Assembly: GCA_046706365.1 (NCBI GenBank)
Contig: JBJKPN010000080.1
Coordinates: forward strand, 23,644 to 87,643
DNA: 64,000 nucleotides
Origin: Candidatus Kryptoniota bacterium
GTDB lineage: Bacteria; Bacteroidota; Ignavibacteria; Kryptoniales; JAKASW01
Direction: 5' to 3'
The position numbers and the translations under genes are program-made. The notes below the pieces were generated by a model. That model worked only from the letters and a program-made list of their open reading frames with translations. It ran no database searches and was not told where the DNA came from. Below, one piece after another: positions 27,236 through 36,630 of this stretch (within the stretch, counting starts at the first letter, position 1; the number at the start of each line of letters is the position of its first letter).

Positions 27236-28269
27236 TGGGAAAAGAAGTTTCGAGATCCATCACATTCGACCAGCTGAACGGCAGGCAAAAAGCGGCCGTG
27301 CTCATGATCGCGCTGGACGTCGAGAGCGCCGCGCATATCTTCAAGCAGCTTGACCAGACAGAAATCGAGAAGCTGACGGTAGAAATTACCAATATGCAGG
27401 GCGTTCATTCCGGGGTGATAAACAAGGTAATGGAAGAGTTTCAGCAGCTGAGCCTGGCCCAGGAGTATATCGTCAAGGGCGGATTGGAATATGCCCACTC
27501 GGTTCTCGAAAAGGCTCTCGGCGCCTCAAAGGCCGGCGAAGTAATAGAGAAGGTAAAGGAGCTCACAACCGTCAAGGGATTCTCGGTCCTGAAGAAAGCG
27601 GAGCCGAAACAGCTGGCGAACTTCCTCCAGAAGGAGCATCCGCAGACTATCGCGTTGATTATGAGTCACCTTGCATCCGAGCTTGCCGCCGATGTCCTCG
27701 AGGAATTTTCGGAGGAGCTCCGTTCGGACGTTGCATTCAGGATAACCACCCTCGGAAGGGTGGCACCGACCCTTGTGGGTGAAATCGAAACCGTGGTCGA
27801 TGAGGTTGCGGAAGAGGTCATCAATGAAAACAGCACCTCGACCGGCGGTGCCAAGGCAATGGCGGCAATCCTGAACAAGGTGGGTGTGGTGCAGGCCAAA
27901 TTTCTTATGGGGTCCATCGAGCAGCGCGACCCGCAGGTCGCTGCCGAAGTGAAGCGCCTCATGTTCATGTTCGAGGATATACTTTACATCGACGACCGGA
28001 GTGTCCAGAGAATCCTGCGAGAAGTGGATAAGAAGGATCTTACGCTCGCGCTCAAGATTGCGGACGAAAAGATGAAGCAGAAGATATTTACGAATATGTC
28101 CGAGCGCGCCACCGATATGATCAAGGAAGAGCTGCAGTTCATGGGTCCGGTCCGTCTCCGGGATGTGGAAGCCGCACAGACAAGGATTATCGAGGTTGTA
28201 CGACAATTGGAAGAGAACCAGGAAATCGTGATTGGTGGAAGAGGAAGCCCGGAAGATGTCTTCGTCTAA
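27235..28269 (+). CDS. fliG: Flagellar motor switch protein FliG
   Basis: GRQKAAVLMIALD at the N-terminus, MFMFEDILYIDDRSVQRILREVD, and a C-terminal torque-helix region. Confidence 0.95.
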   Translation: MGKEVSRSITFDQLNGRQKAAVLMIALDVESAAHIFKQLDQTEIEKLTVEITNMQGVHSGVINKVMEEFQQLSLAQEYIVKGGLEYAHSVLEKALGASKAGEVIEKVKELTTVKGFSVLKKAEPKQLANFLQKEHPQTIALIMSHLASELAADVLEEFSEELRSDVAFRITTLGRVAPTLVGEIETVVDEVAEEVINENSTSTGGAKAMAAILNKVGVVQAKFLMGSIEQRDPQVAAEVKRLMFMFEDILYIDDRSVQRILREVDKKDLTLALKIADEKMKQKIFTNMSERATDMIKEELQFMGPVRLRDVEAAQTRIIEVVRQLEENQEIVIGGRGSPEDVFV

Positions 28270-28999
28270 TAGCATCCGTAAGCATAGTCGGGATAACGTA
28301 ATTAAGATCAACTCGCCGGTGAGGAAGCTGGAGATAATCGATTACCGGCAGGTGATCGAAGAGATCAGTGCCGATGCCGGTTTTGTTCCGGAAGACCTGG
28401 TCACCGGGCCGCAGGAAATTGCGCCCGACATTACTGATGCTGCAGGCGCGCGGGGAACTGATGCTGCCGTTGCCGACGAGAGCAAGTCGGCGCTCACGAT
28501 CGCCTTTGAGAAGGGATTCGAAGCAGGCAAGAACGAATCGGCCAAATTGTTTCAGCAGGAATACGACAGGAAAGTTCAGGAGACCGTCAGCGGCCTCACT
28601 TCCGTGATCAGGGAGTTTGCAGAGGAGGTAAGGAGATATGAGCAGGATTTCGACAAGGCTGTCGTAACTCTCGCGTTGGCGGTGGCCCGTAGGATTGTGG
28701 CGCACGACATTGACATCGAAGGTGCGGTCCTGACCCGGGTGAGAGAGTCGCTCAAGAGAATCATCGGCGTCGAAAAAGTAAAGATTCACGTGTGCCCTGC
28801 CGATGAAGAGTATGTAAGAAAACACAAGAATGATTTAAGCACATATGCAGATTCCGTTCGGGAGATCGCGGTAGAACCCGATGAGAAGGTTGAGCGAGGA
28901 GGCTGCATAATAGAAAGTGAGCTTGGCAACATCGACGCACGTCTTTCCACACAGTTCGATCTGGTCGAAGAAGCATTGTTTGGTTTAGTCAAGAGATGA
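28232..28999 (+). CDS. fliH: Flagellar export ATPase regulator FliH
   Basis: Position between fliG and fliI. FliH/YscL-like C-terminal half (VVTLALAVARRIV...GGCIIESELGNIDARLSTQF). The alternative start at 28256 (MSSSNS) is equally likely. Confidence 0.85.
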   Translation: MVEEEARKMSSSNSIRKHSRDNVIKINSPVRKLEIIDYRQVIEEISADAGFVPEDLVTGPQEIAPDITDAAGARGTDAAVADESKSALTIAFEKGFEAGKNESAKLFQQEYDRKVQETVSGLTSVIREFAEEVRRYEQDFDKAVVTLALAVARRIVAHDIDIEGAVLTRVRESLKRIIGVEKVKIHVCPADEEYVRKHKNDLSTYADSVREIAVEPDEKVERGGCIIESELGNIDARLSTQFDLVEEALFGLVKR

Positions 29000-30318
29000 G
29001 TGCCGTTTTGGAAGTCATCGACAAATATATCGATCATCTTGAGAGGCTCGACCTGGTGAAAGTCAACGGGAGGGTTTCGGAAGTGATCGGACTGGTAATC
29101 GAGTCGGTCGGTCCGACTACTTCTCTCGGAGATGTTTGCAGCATCAGGGCCCGGGACGGCGAAGAGATTTGCATGTCAGAAGTGGTGGGGTTCCGGAGCA
29201 ACCGCGTCCTTTCGATGGTACTTGGCAGCGCCTCGAGCATCAGCCCGGGAAGTGAAATCGTAGCAAGCGGCAAGACTTTCTCCGTGGGGGTCGGCATGGA
29301 TCTGCTGGGAAGAGTCCTCGACGGATTGGGAAGGCCGATGGACGGACTGGGGCAGATTGGAATTGAAGAAGTACGTTCCATTTACAGCTCTCCGCCGAAT
29401 CCTCTCGAAAGAAAGCGCATATCGCTTCCGATCTCCAGCGGGATACGTTCAATAGATTCCCTCCTGACAATCGGGAAGGGGCAGAGAATCGGAATATTCG
29501 CGGGGAGCGGAGTCGGCAAAAGCGTGACCCTCGGCATGATAGCCAGGAATTCAAGCGCCGACGTCAACGTAATCGCCCTGGTCGGAGAGCGGGGCCGGGA
29601 AGTAAGAGACTTTATCGAAAAAGAGCTCGGAGAAGAAGGGCTCAAAAAGAGTGTCCTTGTAGTGGCAACCAGCGATCAGGCATCACTTATCCGTGTGAAA
29701 GCTTCGCTGATTGCAACAACTATTGCGGAGTATTTCCGGGACAAAGGGCTGGATGTGCTTCTGATGATGGATTCGGTTACAAGGGTGGCCATGGCCCAGC
29801 GAGAGGTCGGACTTGCGATCGGCGAGCCGCCGACTACCAAAGGCTACACCCCCAGCGTATTTGCGCTGTTGCCTCGCCTCCTCGAGAGGGCAGGAAATGC
29901 GAAACGCGGGAGCATAACAGGGATGTACACGGTGCTTGTCGAAGGCGACGACATGAACGAGCCCATCGCCGATGCCGCGAGATCCATCCTGGACGGGCAT
30001 GTGGTTCTTTCGAGAAAACTCGCATCGGCCGGCCATTATCCGGCAGTGGATGTCCTCGAAAGTGTGTCCCGTGTCATGCCCGACGTTACGACGCCCGAAC
30101 ACAGAAAGGCGGCCGGTTACGTCCTCGACCTTATGGCAACGTACCGGGAAGCGGAAGACCTGATCAATATAGGAGCATACGTCAAGGGAAGTAGCCAGAA
30201 AATCGACAAGGCTGTTTCAATGATCGAAAGAATAAGAGCTTTTCTGAAACAGGGTATCGATGAGGTTTCGGTACTAAGTGATGCAATCAAAAGGCTAAAT
30301 GAACTTACAACAACTTAA
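28996..30318 (+). CDS. fliI: Flagellum-specific ATP synthase FliI
   Basis: Walker A GSGVGKS, Walker B VLLMMDSVTR, F1/T3SS-ATPase blocks. Confidence 0.96.
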   Translation: MSAVLEVIDKYIDHLERLDLVKVNGRVSEVIGLVIESVGPTTSLGDVCSIRARDGEEICMSEVVGFRSNRVLSMVLGSASSISPGSEIVASGKTFSVGVGMDLLGRVLDGLGRPMDGLGQIGIEEVRSIYSSPPNPLERKRISLPISSGIRSIDSLLTIGKGQRIGIFAGSGVGKSVTLGMIARNSSADVNVIALVGERGREVRDFIEKELGEEGLKKSVLVVATSDQASLIRVKASLIATTIAEYFRDKGLDVLLMMDSVTRVAMAQREVGLAIGEPPTTKGYTPSVFALLPRLLERAGNAKRGSITGMYTVLVEGDDMNEPIADAARSILDGHVVLSRKLASAGHYPAVDVLESVSRVMPDVTTPEHRKAAGYVLDLMATYREAEDLINIGAYVKGSSQKIDKAVSMIERIRAFLKQGIDEVSVLSDAIKRLNELTTT

Positions 30319-30329
30319 CCAGGCTGGCA

Positions 30330-30764
30330 ATGGCAAAGTTCAAATTCCGACTGCAATCAGTCATCAAGATAAAAGAAATACAAGAAAAAAAAGTTGAGCG
30401 GGAACTGGCAATGATCAAGAAAAACATACTTCAGGGACAAGCCCGTCTGGAAGATTTGCAGGGCGAACACCAGAAGCTGGTTTCTTCTTCCCCGATGGAA
30501 GGGAAGATCAAAGCCGCCGACATGGTCACACACCAGGATTACCTGAGGAAGATTTCCGACGAAATCAAATTTGAAAGGGTGAAACTGGAGAACCTGTCGC
30601 GATCGGAAGACAAAAAAAGAGACGAGGTGCTCGATGCCAAGAAAGACAAGGAAGCCATTGAGCATCTCAGAGAAAAACGCCTCGAGGAATTCAAACACGA
30701 TATGGATCGGAAAGAGCAAATCCTCCTCGATGCTGTAGCTCAGAGGTTAAGTAGTCAAGAATGA
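30330..30764 (+). CDS. fliJ: Flagellar export chaperone/stalk protein FliJ
   Basis: FKFRLQSVIKIKE start, all coiled coil, position after fliI. Confidence 0.85.
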   Translation: MAKFKFRLQSVIKIKEIQEKKVERELAMIKKNILQGQARLEDLQGEHQKLVSSSPMEGKIKAADMVTHQDYLRKISDEIKFERVKLENLSRSEDKKRDEVLDAKKDKEAIEHLREKRLEEFKHDMDRKEQILLDAVAQRLSSQE

Positions 30765-31348
30765 AAACCATCCTGGCATACGTCTTCGGATTCAGCGTGA
30801 CATTCACCGTCATTGCGGGTGGAATGTACGTGCTCTCGAGGAATTATCCGTGGATGTTCGGGACGTCGCAAGCACACGACAAGAATGAGCCGAAATTGAA
30901 GTCGACAGTTTCGCTGCCATCGGGAAATCCGGGAGGAATAGCCGGGAGCACGGTTGGAGATACCACGAGCAGTCAGAATGAGGTTGTCACGACTCTGAAA
31001 GAGATGCTTGCCGCGAAAAACGACTCGATTTCCGCCAAAGACGCGGTTATCCATAACCTTGACTCGACTGTGACTCAACTTCGCAGGGAAAGTTCCGATT
31101 CTAAAAGCGTGATCGCAAAATTGCAGGACCAGGTAAATTCGTGGGACAGTCAGCGGAGGAAAGACCTTGCCTCCACTTATAACGATATGGACCCGACTGC
31201 TGCCGCAAAAATCATGAAAAATTTGGACGACAGAAATATAATTTTCATCCTATCCATTATTCAGAAGAAGCAGGCCGCACAAATCCTCGGACAGCTGGAT
31301 CCGGTGCGTGTTGCCAGACTCATGACTAATCTCGGGAAGGGGAAATGA
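30761..31348 (+). CDS. MgtE_N-domain flagellar protein (YlxF / FlbB / MotE-like)
   Basis: N-terminal TM, coiled coil, then MDPTAAAKIMKNLDDRNIIFILSIIQKKQAAQILGQLDPVRVARLM. It sits in the same slot as B. subtilis ylxF and Borrelia flbB. Confidence 0.75.
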   Translation: MKTILAYVFGFSVTFTVIAGGMYVLSRNYPWMFGTSQAHDKNEPKLKSTVSLPSGNPGGIAGSTVGDTTSSQNEVVTTLKEMLAAKNDSISAKDAVIHNLDSTVTQLRRESSDSKSVIAKLQDQVNSWDSQRRKDLASTYNDMDPTAAAKIMKNLDDRNIIFILSIIQKKQAAQILGQLDPVRVARLMTNLGKGK

Positions 31349-33195
31349 ACGGCGCGCTTCAGTTGCTGATCGAATCGACTCCGCAGGGCCTGCCCGGCGG
31401 CCTTTCGCAGTTTGGGGGAGGCTCATCAGCTGCCGGCAGCAATGCCGCCGGTGCGCAACCGTTCGCAGCACTTCTCCAGTCCATGTATTCAGGCACTTAT
31501 CCCGGTACCCCCGCACACGCTATTTCAAACAAAACTGCGGATTCCACCGGCAGCCCGAGCCAGCAAGGAACTAGCGCTTCTTCTTCGGCGACCCAGGGCG
31601 AATCCTCTTCGGAAGCCAGGGCCAGCTACTACGCGGGTCTGGTCACGCTGCTTCTCAAGATGTCGAAATCGAGCACCGCCGCCGAAGATTCGAAATCTAC
31701 CGGCACGACGGGTTCCGGCAAATCGGAGAAGGAAAGTGAGGGGATCCAGAAAGAAATTGCCTCGCTGCTGGGTGGGGGCCTTGCCGCATCGAATTCTAAC
31801 ATCACCATTTTGTCCACGCTGATTCAGTCAGGGAAATCAGCACCGGCATCAACTGGCACAGAAGGCTACAGCGGTTTGGAAAAGCTGCTTGCAGATCAGA
31901 CCATTCAGTCCGACATACAAAAACTTTCTGACGCTCTATCCGGCGATTCCGGTTCCGGCAGCGCGACAGTGATATTGCAGGGACTTCTTTCGAGAATTCA
32001 GGAACTTGAATCGGGTTCGAACGCAAAACTCGGCCAGAGTCTTTTGAATTTTGGATCGCAACCCGGATCCGATCAGACAATATCATCGAAGACAGTCCTT
32101 GAGAAGGTCCTTGGTAGTTTAAGCGGTGTCAATTCCTTGAATTCAAAGGCTGCGATCGCGACGGCGGATACAAAAACCGGAAACTCGGCAGCCAATTCGA
32201 AGACGAACGGAAGCGCAACCGGCGCCGTCGAAAGCTCCGCTGCTTCCTCTACAGCGGAAGAACTTAAGAAGATTTTTAGCGTCTTATCCGGCGGTTCTAC
32301 CGGCAAGAGTACTTCCACTCTGACGAACGGATTGCCCGTCGAATTGCAACATGCGGCTCAGGTCAGTCGAACTCCAGCCGATCCGGCGGACCCGTCGGTT
32401 CAGGCTGCTAAGTCTGTGTTGCAAGGGCTTTCGAGCAAGGTCGTGGAATCTCGCGTGATTCAGTCGGCCTCAGGTAATCCGACCGGCAGTCTTTCCGCAG
32501 CCCAGGAAGCGTCATCGCCCGCTGCTTCAAAGGCGGCGAATTCATCTTCCTTCTCGGGCAGCGGTGAAACAGCAAAAGCGACCGCAGTGATCACAGACAC
32601 GGGGGCGCGGACAATCTCGGCTTCACTGGCCCAGGGCAGACAAGATTCCTCCAAATCAGAAGGCAAAATGACCGACACGACAGACGGTAAGGCGGCTGAG
32701 ATCTATTCGTCTCCGACTGTCGGCAGCAACAGCGTAGGTGCCTTCAAACAAGTACTATCGGCCGCAGCGCAACCGACTTCGGCACCTGCAAAGCCTGATA
32801 CTCTCCAGGTGGCGCAGACGATCCTTCGCGGAGTCAACATGATGAACGAAGGAAAGAAGACAACCGTGACTCTGAAACTGGAGCCGGAGTCGCTGGGCTC
32901 GGTGGCACTTCAGGTATCGAGCGAGAGCGGGAAGATCAGTGCGCAGTTCAACGTCAAAACAACGGACGCGAGGGCATTTCTTGAAGCCTCAATACCGCAA
33001 ATGAGGCAAATGCTCCAAACGAACGGCATCTCACTATCTCATCTGACAGTCAGCCTTTCGGGAGGCGAATCGCAATCAGGCCACCCGCAGCACCAACCGA
33101 AAAGGCATCAGCCTAAGTACTACGCGGCAATGCCGGGTGGTTCGGAAGAGGCGTTGAGAACGTTCGGGTACAACACAATGGAAATAAAAGTATAG
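31345..33195 (+). CDS. fliK: Flagellar hook-length control protein FliK
   Basis: Long S/T/A/G-rich ruler followed by the Flg_hook domain (LKLEPESLGSVALQVSSESGKISAQFNVKTTDARAFLEASIPQMRQML). Confidence 0.88.
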   Translation: MNGALQLLIESTPQGLPGGLSQFGGGSSAAGSNAAGAQPFAALLQSMYSGTYPGTPAHAISNKTADSTGSPSQQGTSASSSATQGESSSEARASYYAGLVTLLLKMSKSSTAAEDSKSTGTTGSGKSEKESEGIQKEIASLLGGGLAASNSNITILSTLIQSGKSAPASTGTEGYSGLEKLLADQTIQSDIQKLSDALSGDSGSGSATVILQGLLSRIQELESGSNAKLGQSLLNFGSQPGSDQTISSKTVLEKVLGSLSGVNSLNSKAAIATADTKTGNSAANSKTNGSATGAVESSAASSTAEELKKIFSVLSGGSTGKSTSTLTNGLPVELQHAAQVSRTPADPADPSVQAAKSVLQGLSSKVVESRVIQSASGNPTGSLSAAQEASSPAASKAANSSSFSGSGETAKATAVITDTGARTISASLAQGRQDSSKSEGKMTDTTDGKAAEIYSSPTVGSNSVGAFKQVLSAAAQPTSAPAKPDTLQVAQTILRGVNMMNEGKKTTVTLKLEPESLGSVALQVSSESGKISAQFNVKTTDARAFLEASIPQMRQMLQTNGISLSHLTVSLSGGESQSGHPQHQPKRHQPKYYAAMPGGSEEALRTFGYNTMEIKV

Positions 33196-33203
33196 GAGGA
33201 GAC

Positions 33204-33926
33204 ATGCAGTTAAACCAAATAACATCGTCGGTGCCGACTTCGCAAACCAGCACGTCGTCGACGTCATCGTCCTCCGCCGCCAACAGCAGCCAGTCGTTAA
33301 ACACGGCTACCAACAACACTCTAAACGAAAGCGATTTTCTTCAGATGTTGGTGACGGAACTCCAGAATCAGGATCCCACCAATCCCCTTCAGAGTACCGA
33401 CCTGGCAGCCCAGCTCGCCCAATTCAGCTCCGTGAGTGAACTCCAGACGTTGAATCAAAGCGTGCAGAGCTCGACCAATGCGAACCTGGTGATGACGCAA
33501 TCCATAAGCAATACGATGGCTGCGACGCTCATCGGAAAGCAGGTGCAGGTCAATTCGTCGACTATAGGTTACGACGGAAGCACGCAGCCGACAATCGGTG
33601 TTGATCTGAGCGGCGCCGCGGCAGATGTCCAGGTCAAGATAACGGACTCGAACGGGAACACAATCCGTACGATCGATGAAGGTTCAAAACCCGCTGGCAC
33701 GAGCACAATGGTGTGGGACGGAAAGGATGACACCGGAGCAAGCGTACCGGCAGGAAATTACACTTATTCCGTCATCGCAACCGATGCGCAGGGAAATACA
33801 GTTACTTCGACGGCGTATCAGCTTGGAACGGTTCAGGGCGTGAAGTTCGATTCTAACGGCCCGAGCCTTCTGGTTAGCGGCGCGGAAGTACCTTTCTCGG
33901 CAGTTCAGGAAATCTTCGGAAGCTGA
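33204..33926 (+). CDS. flgD: Flagellar hook capping/assembly protein FlgD
   Basis: FLQMLVTELQNQDPTNPL signature plus an Ig-like FlgD domain (VWDGKDDTGASVPAGNYTYSV). Confidence 0.93.
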   Translation: MQLNQITSSVPTSQTSTSSTSSSSAANSSQSLNTATNNTLNESDFLQMLVTELQNQDPTNPLQSTDLAAQLAQFSSVSELQTLNQSVQSSTNANLVMTQSISNTMAATLIGKQVQVNSSTIGYDGSTQPTIGVDLSGAAADVQVKITDSNGNTIRTIDEGSKPAGTSTMVWDGKDDTGASVPAGNYTYSVIATDAQGNTVTSTAYQLGTVQGVKFDSNGPSLLVSGAEVPFSAVQEIFGS

Positions 33927-33941
33927 GCGAGAGATAACCCA

Positions 33942-34331
33942 ATGTCACCGGAAATCGAAGGAATAAAAGTACCCTTTGTCCCGATCGGCGGAGTAGACGG
34001 ACTCAAGTCCACACCGCAGATCAACGAGCCGCAGGGGAAATCGTTCGACGAGGTTCTTCGCGGAGAACTGGACCGCGTGAAGTTTTCTCACCACGCGCAG
34101 ACACGTCTCGAATCGCGAAACATAACCCTGTCCGATTCCGATCTCAAGCAGCTTTCCGATGCCGTCGACCGTGCAGGCCAGAAAGGTTCTCAGGATTCAT
34201 TGGTGTTTATGAAGAACGTAGCTTTCATCGTCAACGTGAAGAATCGCACTGTCGTTACGGCGGTTGACGGTGAAAACATGAACGAAAACGTATTTACAAA
34301 CATCGACAGTGCGGTTTTAATTAACAAATAA
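33942..34331 (+). CDS. Flagellar operon protein of the TIGR02530-like family
   Basis: VKFSHHAQTRLESRNITLSDSDLKQL...VFMKNVAFIVNVKNRTVVTAVD, in the typical slot between flgD and flgE. Confidence 0.65.
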   Translation: MSPEIEGIKVPFVPIGGVDGLKSTPQINEPQGKSFDEVLRGELDRVKFSHHAQTRLESRNITLSDSDLKQLSDAVDRAGQKGSQDSLVFMKNVAFIVNVKNRTVVTAVDGENMNENVFTNIDSAVLINK

Positions 34332-34342
34332 ACAGGGCCGGC

Positions 34343-34407
34343 CCCCGGTGTCCGGCTAAAGGACACGGGGAAGCCCCTCTTAAGCGCCGACCGACTGACG
34401 CGCTTAA
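34343..34407 (+). promoter_or_regulatory. Two stem-loops in the 102-nt spacer upstream of flgE
   Basis: Hairpin 1, 34343-34370: cccc(g)gtgtcc / ggacacgggg, 10 bp with a 1-nt bulge and a 7-nt loop. Hairpin 2, 34380-34407: ttaagcgc / gcgcttaa, 8 bp with a 12-nt loop, followed by an A-run rather than a U-run. Confidence 0.4.
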
Positions 34408-34433
34408 ACAAAAAAAACTCTAGGAGGGTTAAA

Positions 34434-36554
34434 ATGCCTTTTAGCGCTTCTCTTACGTCCGCTATATCCGGTCTGACAAGCCACCAGACTGTGATGGACA
34501 CAATCGCGAACAACATTGCCAACGTTGACACGATCGGATTCAAGTCGAGCCGTGTCAATCTCGGACAGGCGTTCGATCAGATACTTCGAAATGCAACCGG
34601 ACCGAGCGATCTCAGCGGTGGGACGAACCCGATCCAGGTGGGTCTCGGAGTGGCCATCCAATCTATCGATACACAAATGACCCAGGGCAACCTGGAGACG
34701 ACAGGACAGAATACCGATCTCGCTCTGCAGGGACAAGGGTTCTTCATTGTGAACCTGAACGGCAACCAGTATTTCTCACGGGCCGGCGCATTCCAGTTTG
34801 ATTCTCAGGGAAGACTGATCGACCCCGGCACGGGCGCGATAGTCCAGGGTAAGACTGCGGATGCACAGGGCAATCTCCCCGTCGGCTCGGCAGTATCGGA
34901 CATTACAATACCATTCGGTCAGAAATCTCCGGCGAAAGCGACTTCATACATCAAATTGACCGGCAACCTGGATTCTTCGCAGACTCCGCTCGGGACAATA
35001 ATGGAATCCAACTCCGTCTATGCCGTGGACAACGGGCAGACGGACGTAAACAACCTTCTCGCGGCCAATAACGGAGGCGGAGGAAATCATGTGATAACCG
35101 GTATGGTCCCCGACTCGACGACTCTTACGATGACGGTGGACGGAACCGCTTACACTTACACCTACGTTACGACGGATTCCGGCACGGGAAAGGGAGACTT
35201 CCACACCCTTCAGGATCTCCTGAACGAAATGAACTACAGCCTCAATCAGCAGTTCAGCGGCAGCTCCCCGATATCCGCCACAATGGGGACCGACGGTTCG
35301 ATTACTTTTGCCAATACCGGCGGCGCCACGCATACCCTGCAGATTACGAGTACAAACCCTGTCCTGCAGACTGCAATGAACGATCCGACTCCCAATACTC
35401 TTGCTGCAACCACGGGGACGCTTACGACCCAGCAATTCTCGCACGTAGCGACGGCTAATGACCTACTCGTCAATCTGAGAAATGCAACCGGAGGGAGCCT
35501 TGGTCTGGCGAACGGCGACAACATCGATATCAACGGCGAAATCGGCGGAACAGCCATCTCACAGGGGGTCTTGCAGGTGAATTCAGCCCAGACCACTTAC
35601 GGAGATCTGGCAAACAGTGTCACTTCGTCATTCGGGATCTCGAACGCCACCGGCACTACGATCGATTCGCAAACCGGTGCGCTGACGATCAACGCGGACG
35701 GCGGCACGGCTCATTCAGTGTCCAACATAGATATAACGGACGGCACGACGGCCACCGCGAAATTCAACAACGTCTTCAGCGCAAATCCGGGAGATTGGAG
35801 CCAGATGCAGGCGGCCACGGACATTCAGCAAAACATCTCGACCACGATTTACGACTCTCTCGGAAACCAGTATAATGTCACGCTGGCCTTCACGAGGGAT
35901 GTAACCCGGCCGAACACATGGACCTGGAAGGCCACCGCGAGCAGCCCTGCAGTGATTACAGGCGGCGGGTCGGGCACGGCCGTCTTCAACAACGACGGTT
36001 CATTGAACACCTTCACTTTCGACGACGGCTCGACCACTCTACAGATAAACCCGCGTGCGGCCGGCAATTCGGCCAACCTGAGCGCAGACCTGATGAGCAT
36101 TAAGCTGAACGTCGGGGGATCCGGCAATTTTGCGGGTTTGACACAGATGAGCGGTGCATCGACGACTGTATCCGGACAGCAGGACGGGTACGGCCTCGGA
36201 ATATTGAACAGCGAATCGATAGACCAGAACGGGAACATTATCGGTGAGTTCTCGAACGGGACGACGCGCACGCTCGGGCAGGTCATGCTTGCAACCTTCA
36301 ACAACCCGGGCGGCCTTATAAACGAAGGCAACAACCTGTACGGTACCTCCGCCAGTACCGGAGATCCGATAATCGGAGAAGCGGGAACCGCCATTCCGAC
36401 ACAGGTAATCAGCGGATCTCTCGAACAGTCAAATGTCAACCTGGCAACTGAGCTGTCGAACATGATCGTCGCCGAACGTGGATTCCAGGCGAATGCCAAA
36501 GTGATCACAACAAGCGACACCTTGTTGAACACATTGGTCAACAGTATCCAATAG
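34434..36554 (+). CDS. flgE: Flagellar hook protein FlgE (long form, 706 aa)
   Basis: N-terminal SGLTSHQTVMDTIANNIANVDTIGFKSSR and C-terminal LEQSNVNLATELSNMIVAERGFQANAKVITTSDTLLNTLVN. Large T/G/N-rich central insertion. AGGAGGG RBS. Confidence 0.93.
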   Translation: MPFSASLTSAISGLTSHQTVMDTIANNIANVDTIGFKSSRVNLGQAFDQILRNATGPSDLSGGTNPIQVGLGVAIQSIDTQMTQGNLETTGQNTDLALQGQGFFIVNLNGNQYFSRAGAFQFDSQGRLIDPGTGAIVQGKTADAQGNLPVGSAVSDITIPFGQKSPAKATSYIKLTGNLDSSQTPLGTIMESNSVYAVDNGQTDVNNLLAANNGGGGNHVITGMVPDSTTLTMTVDGTAYTYTYVTTDSGTGKGDFHTLQDLLNEMNYSLNQQFSGSSPISATMGTDGSITFANTGGATHTLQITSTNPVLQTAMNDPTPNTLAATTGTLTTQQFSHVATANDLLVNLRNATGGSLGLANGDNIDINGEIGGTAISQGVLQVNSAQTTYGDLANSVTSSFGISNATGTTIDSQTGALTINADGGTAHSVSNIDITDGTTATAKFNNVFSANPGDWSQMQAATDIQQNISTTIYDSLGNQYNVTLAFTRDVTRPNTWTWKATASSPAVITGGGSGTAVFNNDGSLNTFTFDDGSTTLQINPRAAGNSANLSADLMSIKLNVGGSGNFAGLTQMSGASTTVSGQQDGYGLGILNSESIDQNGNIIGEFSNGTTRTLGQVMLATFNNPGGLINEGNNLYGTSASTGDPIIGEAGTAIPTQVISGSLEQSNVNLATELSNMIVAERGFQANAKVITTSDTLLNTLVNSIQ

Positions 36555-36570
36555 AGTGATAGTGAAATAA

Positions 36571-36602
36571 GTTAAGGGCGCAGACAGGACTGCGCCCTTA
36601 AC
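36571..36602 (+). promoter_or_regulatory. Perfect 13-bp stem / 6-nt loop hairpin right after flgE (attenuator or mRNA-stabilising structure; no U-tract)
   Basis: gttaagggcgcag-acagga-ctgcgcccttaac, 17 nt after the flgE stop and 29 nt before flbD. Confidence 0.5.
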
Positions 36603-36630
36603 AGTACAAGATGCGCGAAAGGAGGAAGAT

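Noticed and set aside
25829-28311. Minus-strand ORFs of 241 aa and 261 aa opposite fliF and fliG
   Set aside because: The reasoning is the same as above. fliF and fliG have unambiguous signatures and the antisense products have none.
31412-31822. 136-aa alternative-frame ORF inside fliK (Arg/Pro-rich)
   Set aside because: It is a composition artefact of reading the GC-rich Ser/Ala/Gly-coding ruler region out of frame.
31345-33195. Repetitive-looking S/T/A/G-rich coding sequence, considered as a tandem-repeat array
   Set aside because: I could trace no exact periodic DNA unit. It is the low-complexity ruler of FliK ending in a clear Flg_hook domain.
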